This document shows, one piece after another, positions 30,384 through 40,607 of a DNA stretch of 64,000 nucleotides. This DNA is from an uncultured Flavobacteriaceae bacterium (lineage in GTDB: Bacteria; Bacteroidota; Bacteroidia; Flavobacteriales; Flavobacteriaceae). Location of the stretch: NCBI GenBank assembly GCA_938010765.1, contig CALLVX010000028.1, positions 394-64,393 of the forward strand. The letters run 5' to 3'. Made by a program: the position numbers and the translations under genes. Under the pieces are notes generated by a model. The model was not told where the DNA came from and ran no database searches. It saw only the letters and a program-made list of their open reading frames with translations. The stretch's first letter is position 1; each line of letters starts with the position of its first letter.

Positions 30384-33017
30384 ATGTACTTGCGATTGCA
30401 ACTACTAATGGGTTGTCTACTCGTTCTCACTACTGGCTCAAAGGCACAGGATAATATTGGTACAAGCCCGAAGCGTGTATATGTAACAATGCCCTTGCCA
30501 GCATCGGAGCCGATCACAATAGATGGGCTTTTGAACGATACCGCTTGGGAAGTTGTGCAATGGCAGGGAGATTTTACCGAATTCGAACCCGCCAATGGTA
30601 CCCCGCCGAGCCAACGAACCGAATTTAAAATCACCTATGATCAAAAGAACCTGTATGTAGGAGTACGTTGTTATGATTCAATACCCTCGAAAATAGAGAA
30701 GCGTCTGGCACGTAGGGATAATTTTTCAGGAGATTGGATCGAAATCAATATCGATAGTTATAATGACAAGCGTACAGCATTCTCTTTTAATGTTTCGGCT
30801 GCAGGCGTAAAAGGAGATGAGTTTGTATCACAGAATGGTGATAACTGGGATGACAGTTGGAATCCTATTTGGTATACTGCTGCGAACATCGACGATAAAG
30901 GATGGACCGCTGAGATGAAAATACCCTTTAGCCAATTAAAATTTGGTAAGCAAGAAGAGCAAATATGGGGCCTACAAATGCATCGTAAGTTTTTTAGGGC
31001 CGAAGAACGTTCTTTATGGCAAGCCGTTCCGCAGGATACACCTGGCTGGGTTAGTGAGTTTGGCATCTTAAGGGGGTTAATGAACATTCAGCCGCAAAAG
31101 CAGTTAGAGATACAACCTTTTGTCGTTAACCAATTGGATACTTATGAGCGGGAACAGGGAAATCCCTTTAGGGATGGTAGTGACTTTGCCTTCAATGGCG
31201 GACTCGATGCAAAAATCGGGATTACCAATGATCTGACCCTAGACCTGACCGTGAATCCCGATTTTGGTCAGGTAGATGCGGATCCTGGTGCAATAGCATT
31301 AGACGGTTTTCAAATATTCTTTGAAGAGCGAAGACCCTTTTTTATTGAGAATAAAAATATTTTCGACTATGAATTTGCAGGTGGCAATGACAACCTTTTC
31401 TATAGTAGGCGTATAGGGCGCAGTCCGCAAGGAAGTGCAAATGCGGCAGATGGCGAGTTTGTAGACGCGCCTGTTAATACCACCATACTTGGAGCGGCCA
31501 AGTTTTCGGGTAAGACAAAAAGTGGGTGGTCTTTGGGGCTTTTGGAAAGTGTTACCGGGAATATGTATGCCGAAATTGATTCAGATGGTCAACGAACGGA
31601 AGAATTGGTTGAACCTTTAACGAACTACCTAGTGGGAAGAGTGCAAAAAGACTTTAATAAGCGCAATTCATATATAGGAGGTATTTTTACAGCCACTAAT
31701 AGAAAGCTAGAATCGAATCTCGATTTTTTGAGAAAATCGGCCTATTCCGGCGGGGTCGATTTGAAGCATAATTGGAAAGAACGTAACTATTATGTCGAAG
31801 GGAATGTGGTAAGTAGCCACGTTATGGGCAGTAAGGAAGCGATTACCGAAACTCAACAAAGGTTGACCCATTTGTTTCAAAGGGTAGATGCAAGCCATGT
31901 AGAAGTCGATGAAGATCGAACCTCCTTAACCGGTACGGGGGGAAGGCTAGAAGCAGGAAAGGCCGGCGGGGGAAATTGGCGCTATAGCGGAGGCCTTAAA
32001 TGGAAATCTCCCGAGCTCGAACTGAACGATGTAGGTTTTTTGCGACAGGCGGATGATATACGGCAATATGCAGAAATAAGTCGCCTATTTCTGAACCCCA
32101 CCAAACTATATCGCCGGGCGAATATTGAACTTGAACAGTTTACCTCCTATGATTTTGAAGGCAATTATAATAGGGTCCAGTACCAAATAGAAGGTTTTAT
32201 AAACTATAAAAATAACTGGTTTACCGAATTGGGAGCAGCACATAAACCTCGAATTTTTTCAAATACGGTGCTAAGGGGCGGCCCAAGATGGCGTTGGGCA
32301 GAGGAGAATTTTGCCTATTTGTTTTTTGGTTCGGATCGGCGAAAAAAGTTCAATTTTACAATGGGCTACGTAAACAGCCAAGCGAAGCAAGATAATTTTT
32401 CGCTGGTACGGTACGTATTGCGTTTCAGATATCAGCCGTTTGATGCCTTCAGTTTATCGGTATCTTCGGAATATGAAGAGAACCCGAACAAGACCCAGTA
32501 TGTAACAGAGACTTCCATTGGTGGAATACCAAGGTATATAACCGCCCATATTGATCAACGTACATTTAGTACTGCCATACGTTTTAACTACAGTTTAAAT
32601 CCCAATCTTTCTATTCAGTATTATGGGGAACCATTTATTTCCCGTGGCACCTATACCAATTTTAACTATGTAAACGATGCCGCCGCTGAAGCGCTGGGGC
32701 AGCGAGTAACGTGGTTCAATACAGATCAAATTGCCATGGAGGTTGATTCAGGTAACTACCTGATCGATGAGAATACAGATGGCACTGTCGACTATCAAAT
32801 CGATGATCCCGATTTTGCGTTTGTACAGTTTCGCTCGAACCTGGTATTGCGATGGGAGTACATTCCAGGTTCTGAAGTGTTTTTGGTTTGGACCCAGGGT
32901 GTTAGTGGCTTGGGAGACCCAAGAGAATCATTGGGAACCAATCTCGACGGACAAATATTGAATCAAAAATTAGATAATACATTTTTGATAAAAGCGACCT
33001 ATCGTTTTATTCTTTAA
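30384..33017 (+). CDS. DUF5916 outer-membrane protein with N-terminal CBM9-like domain
   Basis: Signal peptide; IDGLLND.AW; LDLTVNPDFGQVDAD; FFEERRPFFIE; LFYSRRIG. Confidence 0.85.
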   Translation: MYLRLQLLMGCLLVLTTGSKAQDNIGTSPKRVYVTMPLPASEPITIDGLLNDTAWEVVQWQGDFTEFEPANGTPPSQRTEFKITYDQKNLYVGVRCYDSIPSKIEKRLARRDNFSGDWIEINIDSYNDKRTAFSFNVSAAGVKGDEFVSQNGDNWDDSWNPIWYTAANIDDKGWTAEMKIPFSQLKFGKQEEQIWGLQMHRKFFRAEERSLWQAVPQDTPGWVSEFGILRGLMNIQPQKQLEIQPFVVNQLDTYEREQGNPFRDGSDFAFNGGLDAKIGITNDLTLDLTVNPDFGQVDADPGAIALDGFQIFFEERRPFFIENKNIFDYEFAGGNDNLFYSRRIGRSPQGSANAADGEFVDAPVNTTILGAAKFSGKTKSGWSLGLLESVTGNMYAEIDSDGQRTEELVEPLTNYLVGRVQKDFNKRNSYIGGIFTATNRKLESNLDFLRKSAYSGGVDLKHNWKERNYYVEGNVVSSHVMGSKEAITETQQRLTHLFQRVDASHVEVDEDRTSLTGTGGRLEAGKAGGGNWRYSGGLKWKSPELELNDVGFLRQADDIRQYAEISRLFLNPTKLYRRANIELEQFTSYDFEGNYNRVQYQIEGFINYKNNWFTELGAAHKPRIFSNTVLRGGPRWRWAEENFAYLFFGSDRRKKFNFTMGYVNSQAKQDNFSLVRYVLRFRYQPFDAFSLSVSSEYEENPNKTQYVTETSIGGIPRYITAHIDQRTFSTAIRFNYSLNPNLSIQYYGEPFISRGTYTNFNYVNDAAAEALGQRVTWFNTDQIAMEVDSGNYLIDENTDGTVDYQIDDPDFAFVQFRSNLVLRWEYIPGSEVFLVWTQGVSGLGDPRESLGTNLDGQILNQKLDNTFLIKATYRFIL

Positions 33018-33024
33018 CCGTTCC

Positions 33025-33039
33025 TGGCATAGGTATTGT
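33025..33039 (+). promoter_or_regulatory. Putative sigma54 promoter
   Basis: TGGCATA-GGTA-TTGT upstream of 33128. Confidence 0.45.
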
Positions 33040-33127
33040 TTTGGTCGTGCCCTTAGAAATTAATTTTTATTAAAATATTTGGGCAATTTTAGCGTTTAAT
33101 GGCTAAACCTTAAAAATTGTAGGTATC

Positions 33128-33640
33128 ATGAAAAAATATATAGTGCTACTTTTTGTAGCGACAGGTGTTTTGTTTGCTTGTTCAAGTGACGACAACAGTT
33201 CTGCCGACAATGCCAATACGGAGGATGCGATTGTTGGAGCGTGGGATGCTACGGCGCTGCAAATCGATAACGATACAGCGAGCGATGAAGCCAAGAATGG
33301 ACGCGATGCGCTTGATTTCTTAACTGCCAAAGACTGTTTTATAATCACATTTATTTTTAATTCCGACGCTTCAGCAATTGCAGAGAATTCTGTTAATTAT
33401 CTGGAAATTGGAGTTAATTCAGAAGGAACCGGTCTCGATATTCCTTGCCCAGACCAGAAAGATATTGATAACAGCGTGTATACGATTGATGGGAATCAAT
33501 TATCTATCGTTGACAACCAAGGCATGACCATTACGACTACAGTTTCTATAGATGGTGATACCATGAGCGTTGATGCAAGTGATTTGGATATCCCAAATTT
33601 CAATGCGACCGGCGCAAAGTTGATTTTTAAGAAAAGATAA
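33128..33640 (+). CDS. Lipocalin-like lipoprotein
   Basis: Lipobox LFAC-SSDD; IVGAW motif. Confidence 0.72.
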   Translation: MKKYIVLLFVATGVLFACSSDDNSSADNANTEDAIVGAWDATALQIDNDTASDEAKNGRDALDFLTAKDCFIITFIFNSDASAIAENSVNYLEIGVNSEGTGLDIPCPDQKDIDNSVYTIDGNQLSIVDNQGMTITTTVSIDGDTMSVDASDLDIPNFNATGAKLIFKKR

Positions 33641-33656
33641 CAATATAATTTATAAT

Positions 33657-33692
33657 AAAAAGCTCCTTTGGGTCTCCGAAGGAGCCTTTTTT
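33657..33692 (+). terminator. Rho-independent terminator
   Basis: GCTCCTTTGG...CCGAAGGAGC followed by T-run. Confidence 0.75.
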
Positions 33693-33748
33693 GGTTTTGG
33701 CAGGGAGCCACTGTTTTTTTGGTTACATTTAACAACCAAACGACGAAA

Positions 33749-34894
33749 ATGTCTTCTTCTATAATCTCAAAGGTTAGCAGCCTACTTTTTTTGATCTTAC
33801 TTTTCTTTATTGCCCAGGGATGCACCGACCCTGTTACTCCGGAGTTTGTACTTAGAGAAGGTCTTATTTTTGTGGAGAGTATTGCTGCTACCGTGCCTAA
33901 ATCATCATTTGTTACTATTCGCAGATCTGGTTTTGAATTTGGTGTGTATGGGGTGCGTTTTGTTAGTGGAGCTACCTGCAATTTTGAAAATGTCATTACT
34001 GGTGAGGTAGTACTGCTTACCGAAACTAGGAATTCGTATCTCCCTCCGGAAGATTTTTTCGTTCAAACGGGAGAACAATGGAAACTTACCATTCAACTGG
34101 TAGACGGAAAAAGAATAGAATCGGCCCCAGAACCTGTTTTGCAACCGGTGCCAATTAGCGATATTTCAATACAATATGACCCAGAGCTTGTTTTTAGGGA
34201 GAATTTAGGGGGGGAATTCATTCCTGGTCATCAGGTTTCCATAGATTTTCAAGACCCGGCCGATACCGATAACTACTATTATTGGACCTACAGGAGTTTT
34301 GAGAATCTGGAGTTTTGCGAAAAATGCGAGATGGCTATTTGGAGAGATGGGGAATGCCAGCCGGCAGAACTCCCGGGAAGAGGCAGAAGATATTATGACT
34401 ATGCTTGCGATATTGATTGCTGGCGTATTCGATTTCCCGAAAGTATCGCCCTATTCGATGATCGTTTCACTGACGGAAAGACTATTTCAAAGTTACCGGT
34501 GGGTGACCTATTGTTGTACACAAAAGAGAATATGGTAGTAGAGGTACAACAGTTTTCGCTTACCCCCTCGGCCTACGATTATTACAAGGTCTTAAAGGAT
34601 GTTGTTGACAATAATAGTGGTCTAAATGCACCACCTCCCGCTGCACTGGTTGGCAACCTTTCAAATCCTGATGATTCGGAGGACTTTGTCTTTGGCAGAT
34701 TCACCGCCGCCGCAACTTCCACAGCTTCCATATTTATCAGTAGGCGATTAATTGAGGAACAAGCCATCGAACGAATGGATCCGGTTGTCTTTGAACCTCA
34801 GATCAATTCTCCCTTTCCGCCTCCGGTGACCGTTACCGCACCATGTTCGGAAAATAGAAACAGAACAGCAGTAAGGCCTGATAAATGGCAATAA
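33749..34894 (+). CDS. DUF4249 family lipoprotein
   Basis: Lipobox AQGC; FQDPA...NYYYW; Cys-rich insert; PPAALVGN; partner of downstream TBDR. Confidence 0.82.
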   Translation: MSSSIISKVSSLLFLILLFFIAQGCTDPVTPEFVLREGLIFVESIAATVPKSSFVTIRRSGFEFGVYGVRFVSGATCNFENVITGEVVLLTETRNSYLPPEDFFVQTGEQWKLTIQLVDGKRIESAPEPVLQPVPISDISIQYDPELVFRENLGGEFIPGHQVSIDFQDPADTDNYYYWTYRSFENLEFCEKCEMAIWRDGECQPAELPGRGRRYYDYACDIDCWRIRFPESIALFDDRFTDGKTISKLPVGDLLLYTKENMVVEVQQFSLTPSAYDYYKVLKDVVDNNSGLNAPPPAALVGNLSNPDDSEDFVFGRFTAAATSTASIFISRRLIEEQAIERMDPVVFEPQINSPFPPPVTVTAPCSENRNRTAVRPDKWQ

Positions 34895-34896
34895 GC

Positions 34897-37326
34897 ATGA
34901 GCGCAAAAAAAACGAATAATACAACAGCCTTGTACTTCCAATTACTACTATTCCTAGTTGTTCCTTTGATGGGTTGGTCTCAAGAATATGTACTCTCCTT
35001 CGAAGTGGAGACCAATGAAACACGGCTTCCCTTAAGTGCCGCCCAAATTGCTATAACTCCCTGTGATTGTTCGGGTATTACCAATGATTCAGGTAGGTTT
35101 TTTTTATCACTCCCCGCAGATACCTATACCGTAACCATTTCTTTTCTTGGGTTTGAAGATGCGGTGCGCACCGTTGCATTAGACAAGGATACGGTCATAA
35201 AAGTTCGATTAATCGAAGCTGAGGAGCAACTGTCAGAGGTCATAGTTCGAGCAAAAAAACGACTTGATAATATTGAAACACCGCAAATGGGCGCCCTTCA
35301 GATCAATGCGAAAGTATTGAAGAAGTTGCCTGCCGCGATAGGGGAATTCGATGTACTACGGGGTATGACCTTGGTGGCCGGTGTCAACAATGCGGGGGAA
35401 GTCAGCAACGGACTTTCGGTAAGAGGTGGGTCTCTAGATCAGAATCTGCTGCTATATGATTATGCCCCGATTTTTAACCCAACTCACCTTTTTGGGCTTT
35501 TTTCAGTTTTTACCCCAGACATGATTTCCTCTGTCGATTTATACCGTGCAAATATTCCAGCGCGCTATGGTGGTAGAATAAGTTCGGTGCTAGACATCAA
35601 AGTAAAAAACCCCTATGTGGAGAAAACAAAACTGTCAGGTGGAATCGGCTTGGTTTCGAGTCGACTTAATGTAGAGACCCCTCTGATAAAGGATAAGTTG
35701 TTTTTAAACCTAGGAGCACGTGCCGGCCTTACCGGTTTTTTGATACCCTTGTTTTCCGAACGGTTAAAAAATACAAAAGCAAACTTTTATGACGGTACCT
35801 TTAAGTTGTTATACCTCCCAACAGAAGATGACCAGGTCTCGCTTACCGGTTTCTATAGCAAAGACTTTTATCAATTAGACTTGATCTCCCAAATCGGGAA
35901 CATCAATGCGGAAAATAACCAATACGATCTGCAAGGCCTTAGCGGCACCCTAAACTGGACACATACTTTTGACAATGAGGCGAGTCTCCGAAATATGTTA
36001 GTATATAGCAAGTATGTTCCCAAAACCATTTTTCCCGAACGGGATAGTGACAATGAAATCGAATACAAGTCTAGTATCGACTATTTGAGTTTTATAACTG
36101 AATACACTAAAACGGTAAGTGATGTTTTTGATTATTATGGGGGTATCCAAGCGAATCGTTATGGTATTGCTCCCGGCACATTGGATCCAGGTAACGGAAA
36201 CAGCATAGTGCCGACTGAATTAGATGCCGAAACCAGTTATGAAATCGGTGCCTATGCAAATGTCAACTGGAAGCCAACAGCAAATCTTTCCGTATCGGGA
36301 GGGCTTAGGTTCAATCACTTTGTACTGGTTGGGCCCTTTGTCGAAGCTACTTTTGATGATCTTTCGGGCAGTCTTTTGGGGTCTACCGTATTCGATAAGG
36401 GAGATGCCGTTAAAACCTACAACAGCCTAGAGCCCCGTTTGGGCGCGAATTTAAAATTGGCAGAAAACACTTCTATAAAAGCGAGCTATGCGAGAACCAA
36501 TCAGTACTTGCAAAATATTTACAATACCACCACTCCTTTGCCAACGTCAAGATGGAAGACATCGGACCCAGATATAGCGCCACAAAGTAGCGATACCTAT
36601 GGGTTTGGAGTGTATCAAAACCTGGCCGACGGTGAAATAGAACTTGGTCTCGAAGGCTATTACAGAGGTTCTAAGAACAACCTTACCTATAAGCCGGGGG
36701 CAGACTTTTTTCTAGAGGAGTTTTTGCAACGCGATGTGGTGCAGGCCGAAGGGCAGGCGTATGGTGTGGAGCTGAGTTTTAAAAAACCTAGGGGAAAGTT
36801 TAACGGATGGTTCAATTACGCCTATGCCAGAAGTATGTTGCGATCGCAAAATGAGCGGTTGGCAGACCGCGTTAACAACAACCAGTGGTACCCTTCGGAC
36901 TTTGATCGGCCACATGTATTCAATGGGACCATTAATCTTGAAGGGGATAAGTACAATACGTGGAGCTTTAATTTCACAGCCCAGACAGGACGCCCGTATA
37001 CCGTGGCAAACGGTGTTTTTGAATTGGAAGAAATCGATGTTCCCATCTTTATTGAGCGTAACAACGCGCGCCTTCGTCCCTATCATCGACTCGACTTTTC
37101 CTGGAAGATAAAGTACAGTAAAAAGCCGAACAGAAAATGGGTGGGGGACTGGACTTTTACCATTTACAATGTATATAGCAGACGCAATCCCTTTAATGTG
37201 TACTATGAGCAGCGACAGCCTGGAGTAGATGCCGACGTATTTCTAGGAAGTCCATTGGGTACCTACGAGCTTTCGATTATTAATAGCCCGCTGTTCGCAA
37301 TCACCTATAACTTTGTTTTTGATTAA
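34897..37326 (+). CDS. TonB-dependent receptor
   Basis: SVRGGSLDQNL, NPTHLFG, PARYGGRISSV, YHRLDFS, C-terminal YNFVFD. Confidence 0.92.
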   Translation: MSAKKTNNTTALYFQLLLFLVVPLMGWSQEYVLSFEVETNETRLPLSAAQIAITPCDCSGITNDSGRFFLSLPADTYTVTISFLGFEDAVRTVALDKDTVIKVRLIEAEEQLSEVIVRAKKRLDNIETPQMGALQINAKVLKKLPAAIGEFDVLRGMTLVAGVNNAGEVSNGLSVRGGSLDQNLLLYDYAPIFNPTHLFGLFSVFTPDMISSVDLYRANIPARYGGRISSVLDIKVKNPYVEKTKLSGGIGLVSSRLNVETPLIKDKLFLNLGARAGLTGFLIPLFSERLKNTKANFYDGTFKLLYLPTEDDQVSLTGFYSKDFYQLDLISQIGNINAENNQYDLQGLSGTLNWTHTFDNEASLRNMLVYSKYVPKTIFPERDSDNEIEYKSSIDYLSFITEYTKTVSDVFDYYGGIQANRYGIAPGTLDPGNGNSIVPTELDAETSYEIGAYANVNWKPTANLSVSGGLRFNHFVLVGPFVEATFDDLSGSLLGSTVFDKGDAVKTYNSLEPRLGANLKLAENTSIKASYARTNQYLQNIYNTTTPLPTSRWKTSDPDIAPQSSDTYGFGVYQNLADGEIELGLEGYYRGSKNNLTYKPGADFFLEEFLQRDVVQAEGQAYGVELSFKKPRGKFNGWFNYAYARSMLRSQNERLADRVNNNQWYPSDFDRPHVFNGTINLEGDKYNTWSFNFTAQTGRPYTVANGVFELEEIDVPIFIERNNARLRPYHRLDFSWKIKYSKKPNRKWVGDWTFTIYNVYSRRNPFNVYYEQRQPGVDADVFLGSPLGTYELSIINSPLFAITYNFVFD

Positions 37327-37327
37327 G

Positions 37328-37666
37328 CTACTGCTTGTAGAATTTGGTATATACCTGCTGTTCCTCTGAACGGATCGATATGATGTAAATACCAGGATTC
37401 AAATCGGAGATGGGTATGTTCAAGGCTTTGCGGCGAATGGCCCATTCGTGGCGCAAAACCGCATTCCCGTTCACGTCAGAAATAACAATAGTTGCCTTCG
37501 CACTATTTTGCAGTCCGAGTATATTGACCACGCTGGTTGCCGGGTTGGGAAATACCTTTACTTTTTTTGAAATTCGAGTTTCCTGTAGTGTCGGTTGATC
37601 AGCGTTCGATTGGGCGCTTCCGACAAAGGAAAACAAGAGTGTGATGAGTACGATTGTTTTTTTCAT
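37328..37666 (-). CDS. Small T9SS type A sorting-domain protein
   Basis: Signal peptide; VFPNPA, L.PGIY, TKFYKQ. Confidence 0.85.
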   Translation of the reverse strand: MKKTIVLITLLFSFVGSAQSNADQPTLQETRISKKVKVFPNPATSVVNILGLQNSAKATIVISDVNGNAVLRHEWAIRRKALNIPISDLNPGIYIISIRSEEQQVYTKFYKQ

Positions 37667-37752
37667 GATGATGCATTTGAAAATACTATGCTAAACTACC
37701 TTAGAACATCCGCAGCATCAAAATATTGTTGTGAAAGACGCTTTTTTGTAGG

Positions 37753-40590
37753 TTAATGCGCCTCTAGCCAATCATTTCCTATACCCATTTCAACGTCAAG
37801 CGGTACTGCCATGGCATAAGCGTTCTCCATTTCGGACTTCACCATCTTCTTAAGCGCTTCCAATTCTGGGTTATAGGCATCGAATACCAATTCATCGTGC
37901 ACCTGTAGCAACATTTTGCTTTTAAAGTTCTCGATTTCCAGCTTTTTATGAATATTGATCATGGCAAGTTTAATGATATCTGCCGCGCTTCCCTGAATAG
38001 GGGCATTCACGGCGTTGCGTTCTGCTGCACCACGAACAATGGCATTGCTGCCATTGATGGCTTTTAAATACCTACGTCTTCCTAAAACGGTTTGCACATA
38101 GCCATTGTCACGAGCAAAATCTACCTGTTCCCCCATATAATTCCGCAGTTTTGGGTAGGTAGCGTAGTAGGTTTCGATCAATTCTTTGGCTTCTGATCGG
38201 GATAAATCGGTTTGATTGCTTAACCCAAAGGCCGATACCCCGTAAATGATTCCGAAGTTGACCGTTTTGGCATTGCTTCGTTGTTCTCGGGTTACCTCCT
38301 CTAAAGGAACGTCAAACACCTTGGCAGCTGTTGAGGCATGAATGTCCTCTCCGTTTTTAAAGGCCTCTATCATGGTGGTTTCCTCGCTTAGCGCGGCAAT
38401 GATACGGAGTTCTATTTGAGAATAATCCGCAGCCAGTAATGTGTAGTCATTATTTTTTGGAACAAACGCCTTACGCACTTGTCTGCCGCGTTCTGTACGA
38501 ATCGGAATGTTCTGTAAGTTCGGATTGTTGCTGCTCAATCTTCCAGTTGCGGCGACGGTCTGCATATAATCGGTATGCACTCTGCCTGTACTTTCTTCTA
38601 CTTGTAAAGGAAGTGCATCTACGTAGGTGCTTTTTAATTTGGAGAGTCCGCGGTAATCTAAGACATTTTGAATGATCTGATGGTCTTTGGCCAAATAGGA
38701 AAGCACATCTTCTGCCGTGGAATACTGGCCAGTTTTGGTCTTTTTAGGCTTGTCGACCAATTTCATTTTGTCAAATAGGATTTCCCCCAATTGCTTTGGT
38801 GACCCAATATTGAATTCTACCTCTGCGGCTGCGTAGATTTTCGCTTCCAAGGAGGCGATGTCATTGTTGAGGTCTTCCGAAAGCGAATTCAGAAATTTTT
38901 CGTCCAACCTGATGCCCTCCAACTCCATATCTGCCAACACCTGTAGCAACGGAATTTCAATGTCATTGAATAGATTTTCAGTATTTGCTTCTTTTAATTC
39001 TGGTCTAAAGTGGGCCGCCAGTTGCAGGGTGATGTCGGCATCTTCTACGGCATACTCGGTTTGTTTTTCCAAAGGAACATCGCGCATGCTCAATTGGTTC
39101 TTTCCTTTTTTACCAATCAGTTCGGTAATGGATACGGGGGTGTAGTTGAGATAGGTTTCTGCAAGCACATCCATATTATGCCGCATATCGGGATTAATGA
39201 GATAATGCGCCAACATAGTGTCAAAGAACTTTCCTTTTACCTTTACATTGTATTTATGAAGTACTTTGATGTCGTACTTTAGGTTCTGACCAATTTTCTC
39301 GATTGTCTCCGATTCAAAGAAAGGGCGTAATTGTTCAATGATTTCTTGGGCTTCGTTTTTATCTTCAGGAAAAGGAATGTAAAACCCTTTTGTTGGTTCC
39401 CATGAAAAAGCAATGCCAACCAGTTCTGCCGTAAAGGGGTTCAAGCCTGTCGTTTCTGTATCAAAACAAACCGAGGATTGTTTCATTAAGTTTTGCATAA
39501 ATAGCTTCATTCCCATACCTGGGGCAACACTCTGGTAATTATGAGCGACATCTGCAATGGTTTGCCGGCTGTTATAATCTTTTATGGTACCTACTGCTTC
39601 GGAAGGGTTTCCTCCAAACAATGAAAATTGCCCGCCACCCGCTTCTTGATTTTTTGCCTTTGCGGTCGGGACGCTCCCCGCTTCTTTTTCAGGTTCTTCT
39701 ACTTCCGTGGAAAATATTTTAATGAATTGATCTTTCAGCCTTCTGAATTCAAGCTCCTCAAAAATGGTCTGAACCTTTTGGTTATCAGGTTCGCACATTT
39801 CATAATCCTTGGCGTCAAAAGTTACATCAACATCAAGGCTAATAGTGGCGAGTTTTTTTGACAGCAGGCCCAACTCACCATTTTGCTCGACCTTCTCTTT
39901 CATTTTTCCCTTTAGCTTATCGGTATTTGCCAAAAGGTTCTCCATAGAACCGAATTCTTCCAAAAATTTTTTGGCCGTTTTATCACCTACTCCCGGTAAG
40001 CCGGGAATGTTGTCGCTGGCATCGCCCATCATTCCTAAGTAGTCGATCACTTGTTCGGGTTTTTCTACCCCAAAACGTTTTTGAATTTCAGGAATACCCC
40101 ATATTTCAATTCCGTTCCCCATACGTGCTGGGCGGTACATAAAGATATTTTCAGAAACTAGCTGTCCAAAGTCCTTATCTGGGGTGACCATAAAAACTTT
40201 ATAATCTTCCTTTTCGGCCTGCTTGGCAAGGGTACCTATAATATCATCTGCCTCCCAGCCTTCTTTTACCACTACGGGGATATGCATTGCTTTTAGAATG
40301 TCTTGAATATAGGGCACGGCAATTTTTATGGCGTCGGGCGTCTCATTTCTATTCGCTTTGTATTCGGGAAATAGTTCGGTGCGTTCAGCACTGCCTCCTT
40401 TGTCAAAACAAACCGCCAAATGGTCTGGATTTTCACGTTTGATGACGTCAAACAACGAGTTCGTAAAACCCATAATGGCCGAAGTGTCCATCCCTTTTGA
40501 GTTGATTCTTGGGTTCTTGATCAAGGCGTAATAGCCTCTAAATATCAATGCGAAGGCATCTAATAAGAAAAGTCGTTTTTGTTCTGCCAT
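37753..40590 (-). CDS. polA: DNA polymerase I
   Basis: 5'-3' exo (EADDIIGT), 3'-5' exo (DTETTG), ADYSQIELR, QVHDELVF. Confidence 0.98.
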   Translation of the reverse strand: MAEQKRLFLLDAFALIFRGYYALIKNPRINSKGMDTSAIMGFTNSLFDVIKRENPDHLAVCFDKGGSAERTELFPEYKANRNETPDAIKIAVPYIQDILKAMHIPVVVKEGWEADDIIGTLAKQAEKEDYKVFMVTPDKDFGQLVSENIFMYRPARMGNGIEIWGIPEIQKRFGVEKPEQVIDYLGMMGDASDNIPGLPGVGDKTAKKFLEEFGSMENLLANTDKLKGKMKEKVEQNGELGLLSKKLATISLDVDVTFDAKDYEMCEPDNQKVQTIFEELEFRRLKDQFIKIFSTEVEEPEKEAGSVPTAKAKNQEAGGGQFSLFGGNPSEAVGTIKDYNSRQTIADVAHNYQSVAPGMGMKLFMQNLMKQSSVCFDTETTGLNPFTAELVGIAFSWEPTKGFYIPFPEDKNEAQEIIEQLRPFFESETIEKIGQNLKYDIKVLHKYNVKVKGKFFDTMLAHYLINPDMRHNMDVLAETYLNYTPVSITELIGKKGKNQLSMRDVPLEKQTEYAVEDADITLQLAAHFRPELKEANTENLFNDIEIPLLQVLADMELEGIRLDEKFLNSLSEDLNNDIASLEAKIYAAAEVEFNIGSPKQLGEILFDKMKLVDKPKKTKTGQYSTAEDVLSYLAKDHQIIQNVLDYRGLSKLKSTYVDALPLQVEESTGRVHTDYMQTVAATGRLSSNNPNLQNIPIRTERGRQVRKAFVPKNNDYTLLAADYSQIELRIIAALSEETTMIEAFKNGEDIHASTAAKVFDVPLEEVTREQRSNAKTVNFGIIYGVSAFGLSNQTDLSRSEAKELIETYYATYPKLRNYMGEQVDFARDNGYVQTVLGRRRYLKAINGSNAIVRGAAERNAVNAPIQGSAADIIKLAMINIHKKLEIENFKSKMLLQVHDELVFDAYNPELEALKKMVKSEMENAYAMAVPLDVEMGIGNDWLEAH

Positions 40591-40607
40591 TTTATTTTGT
40601 TCTTTTT

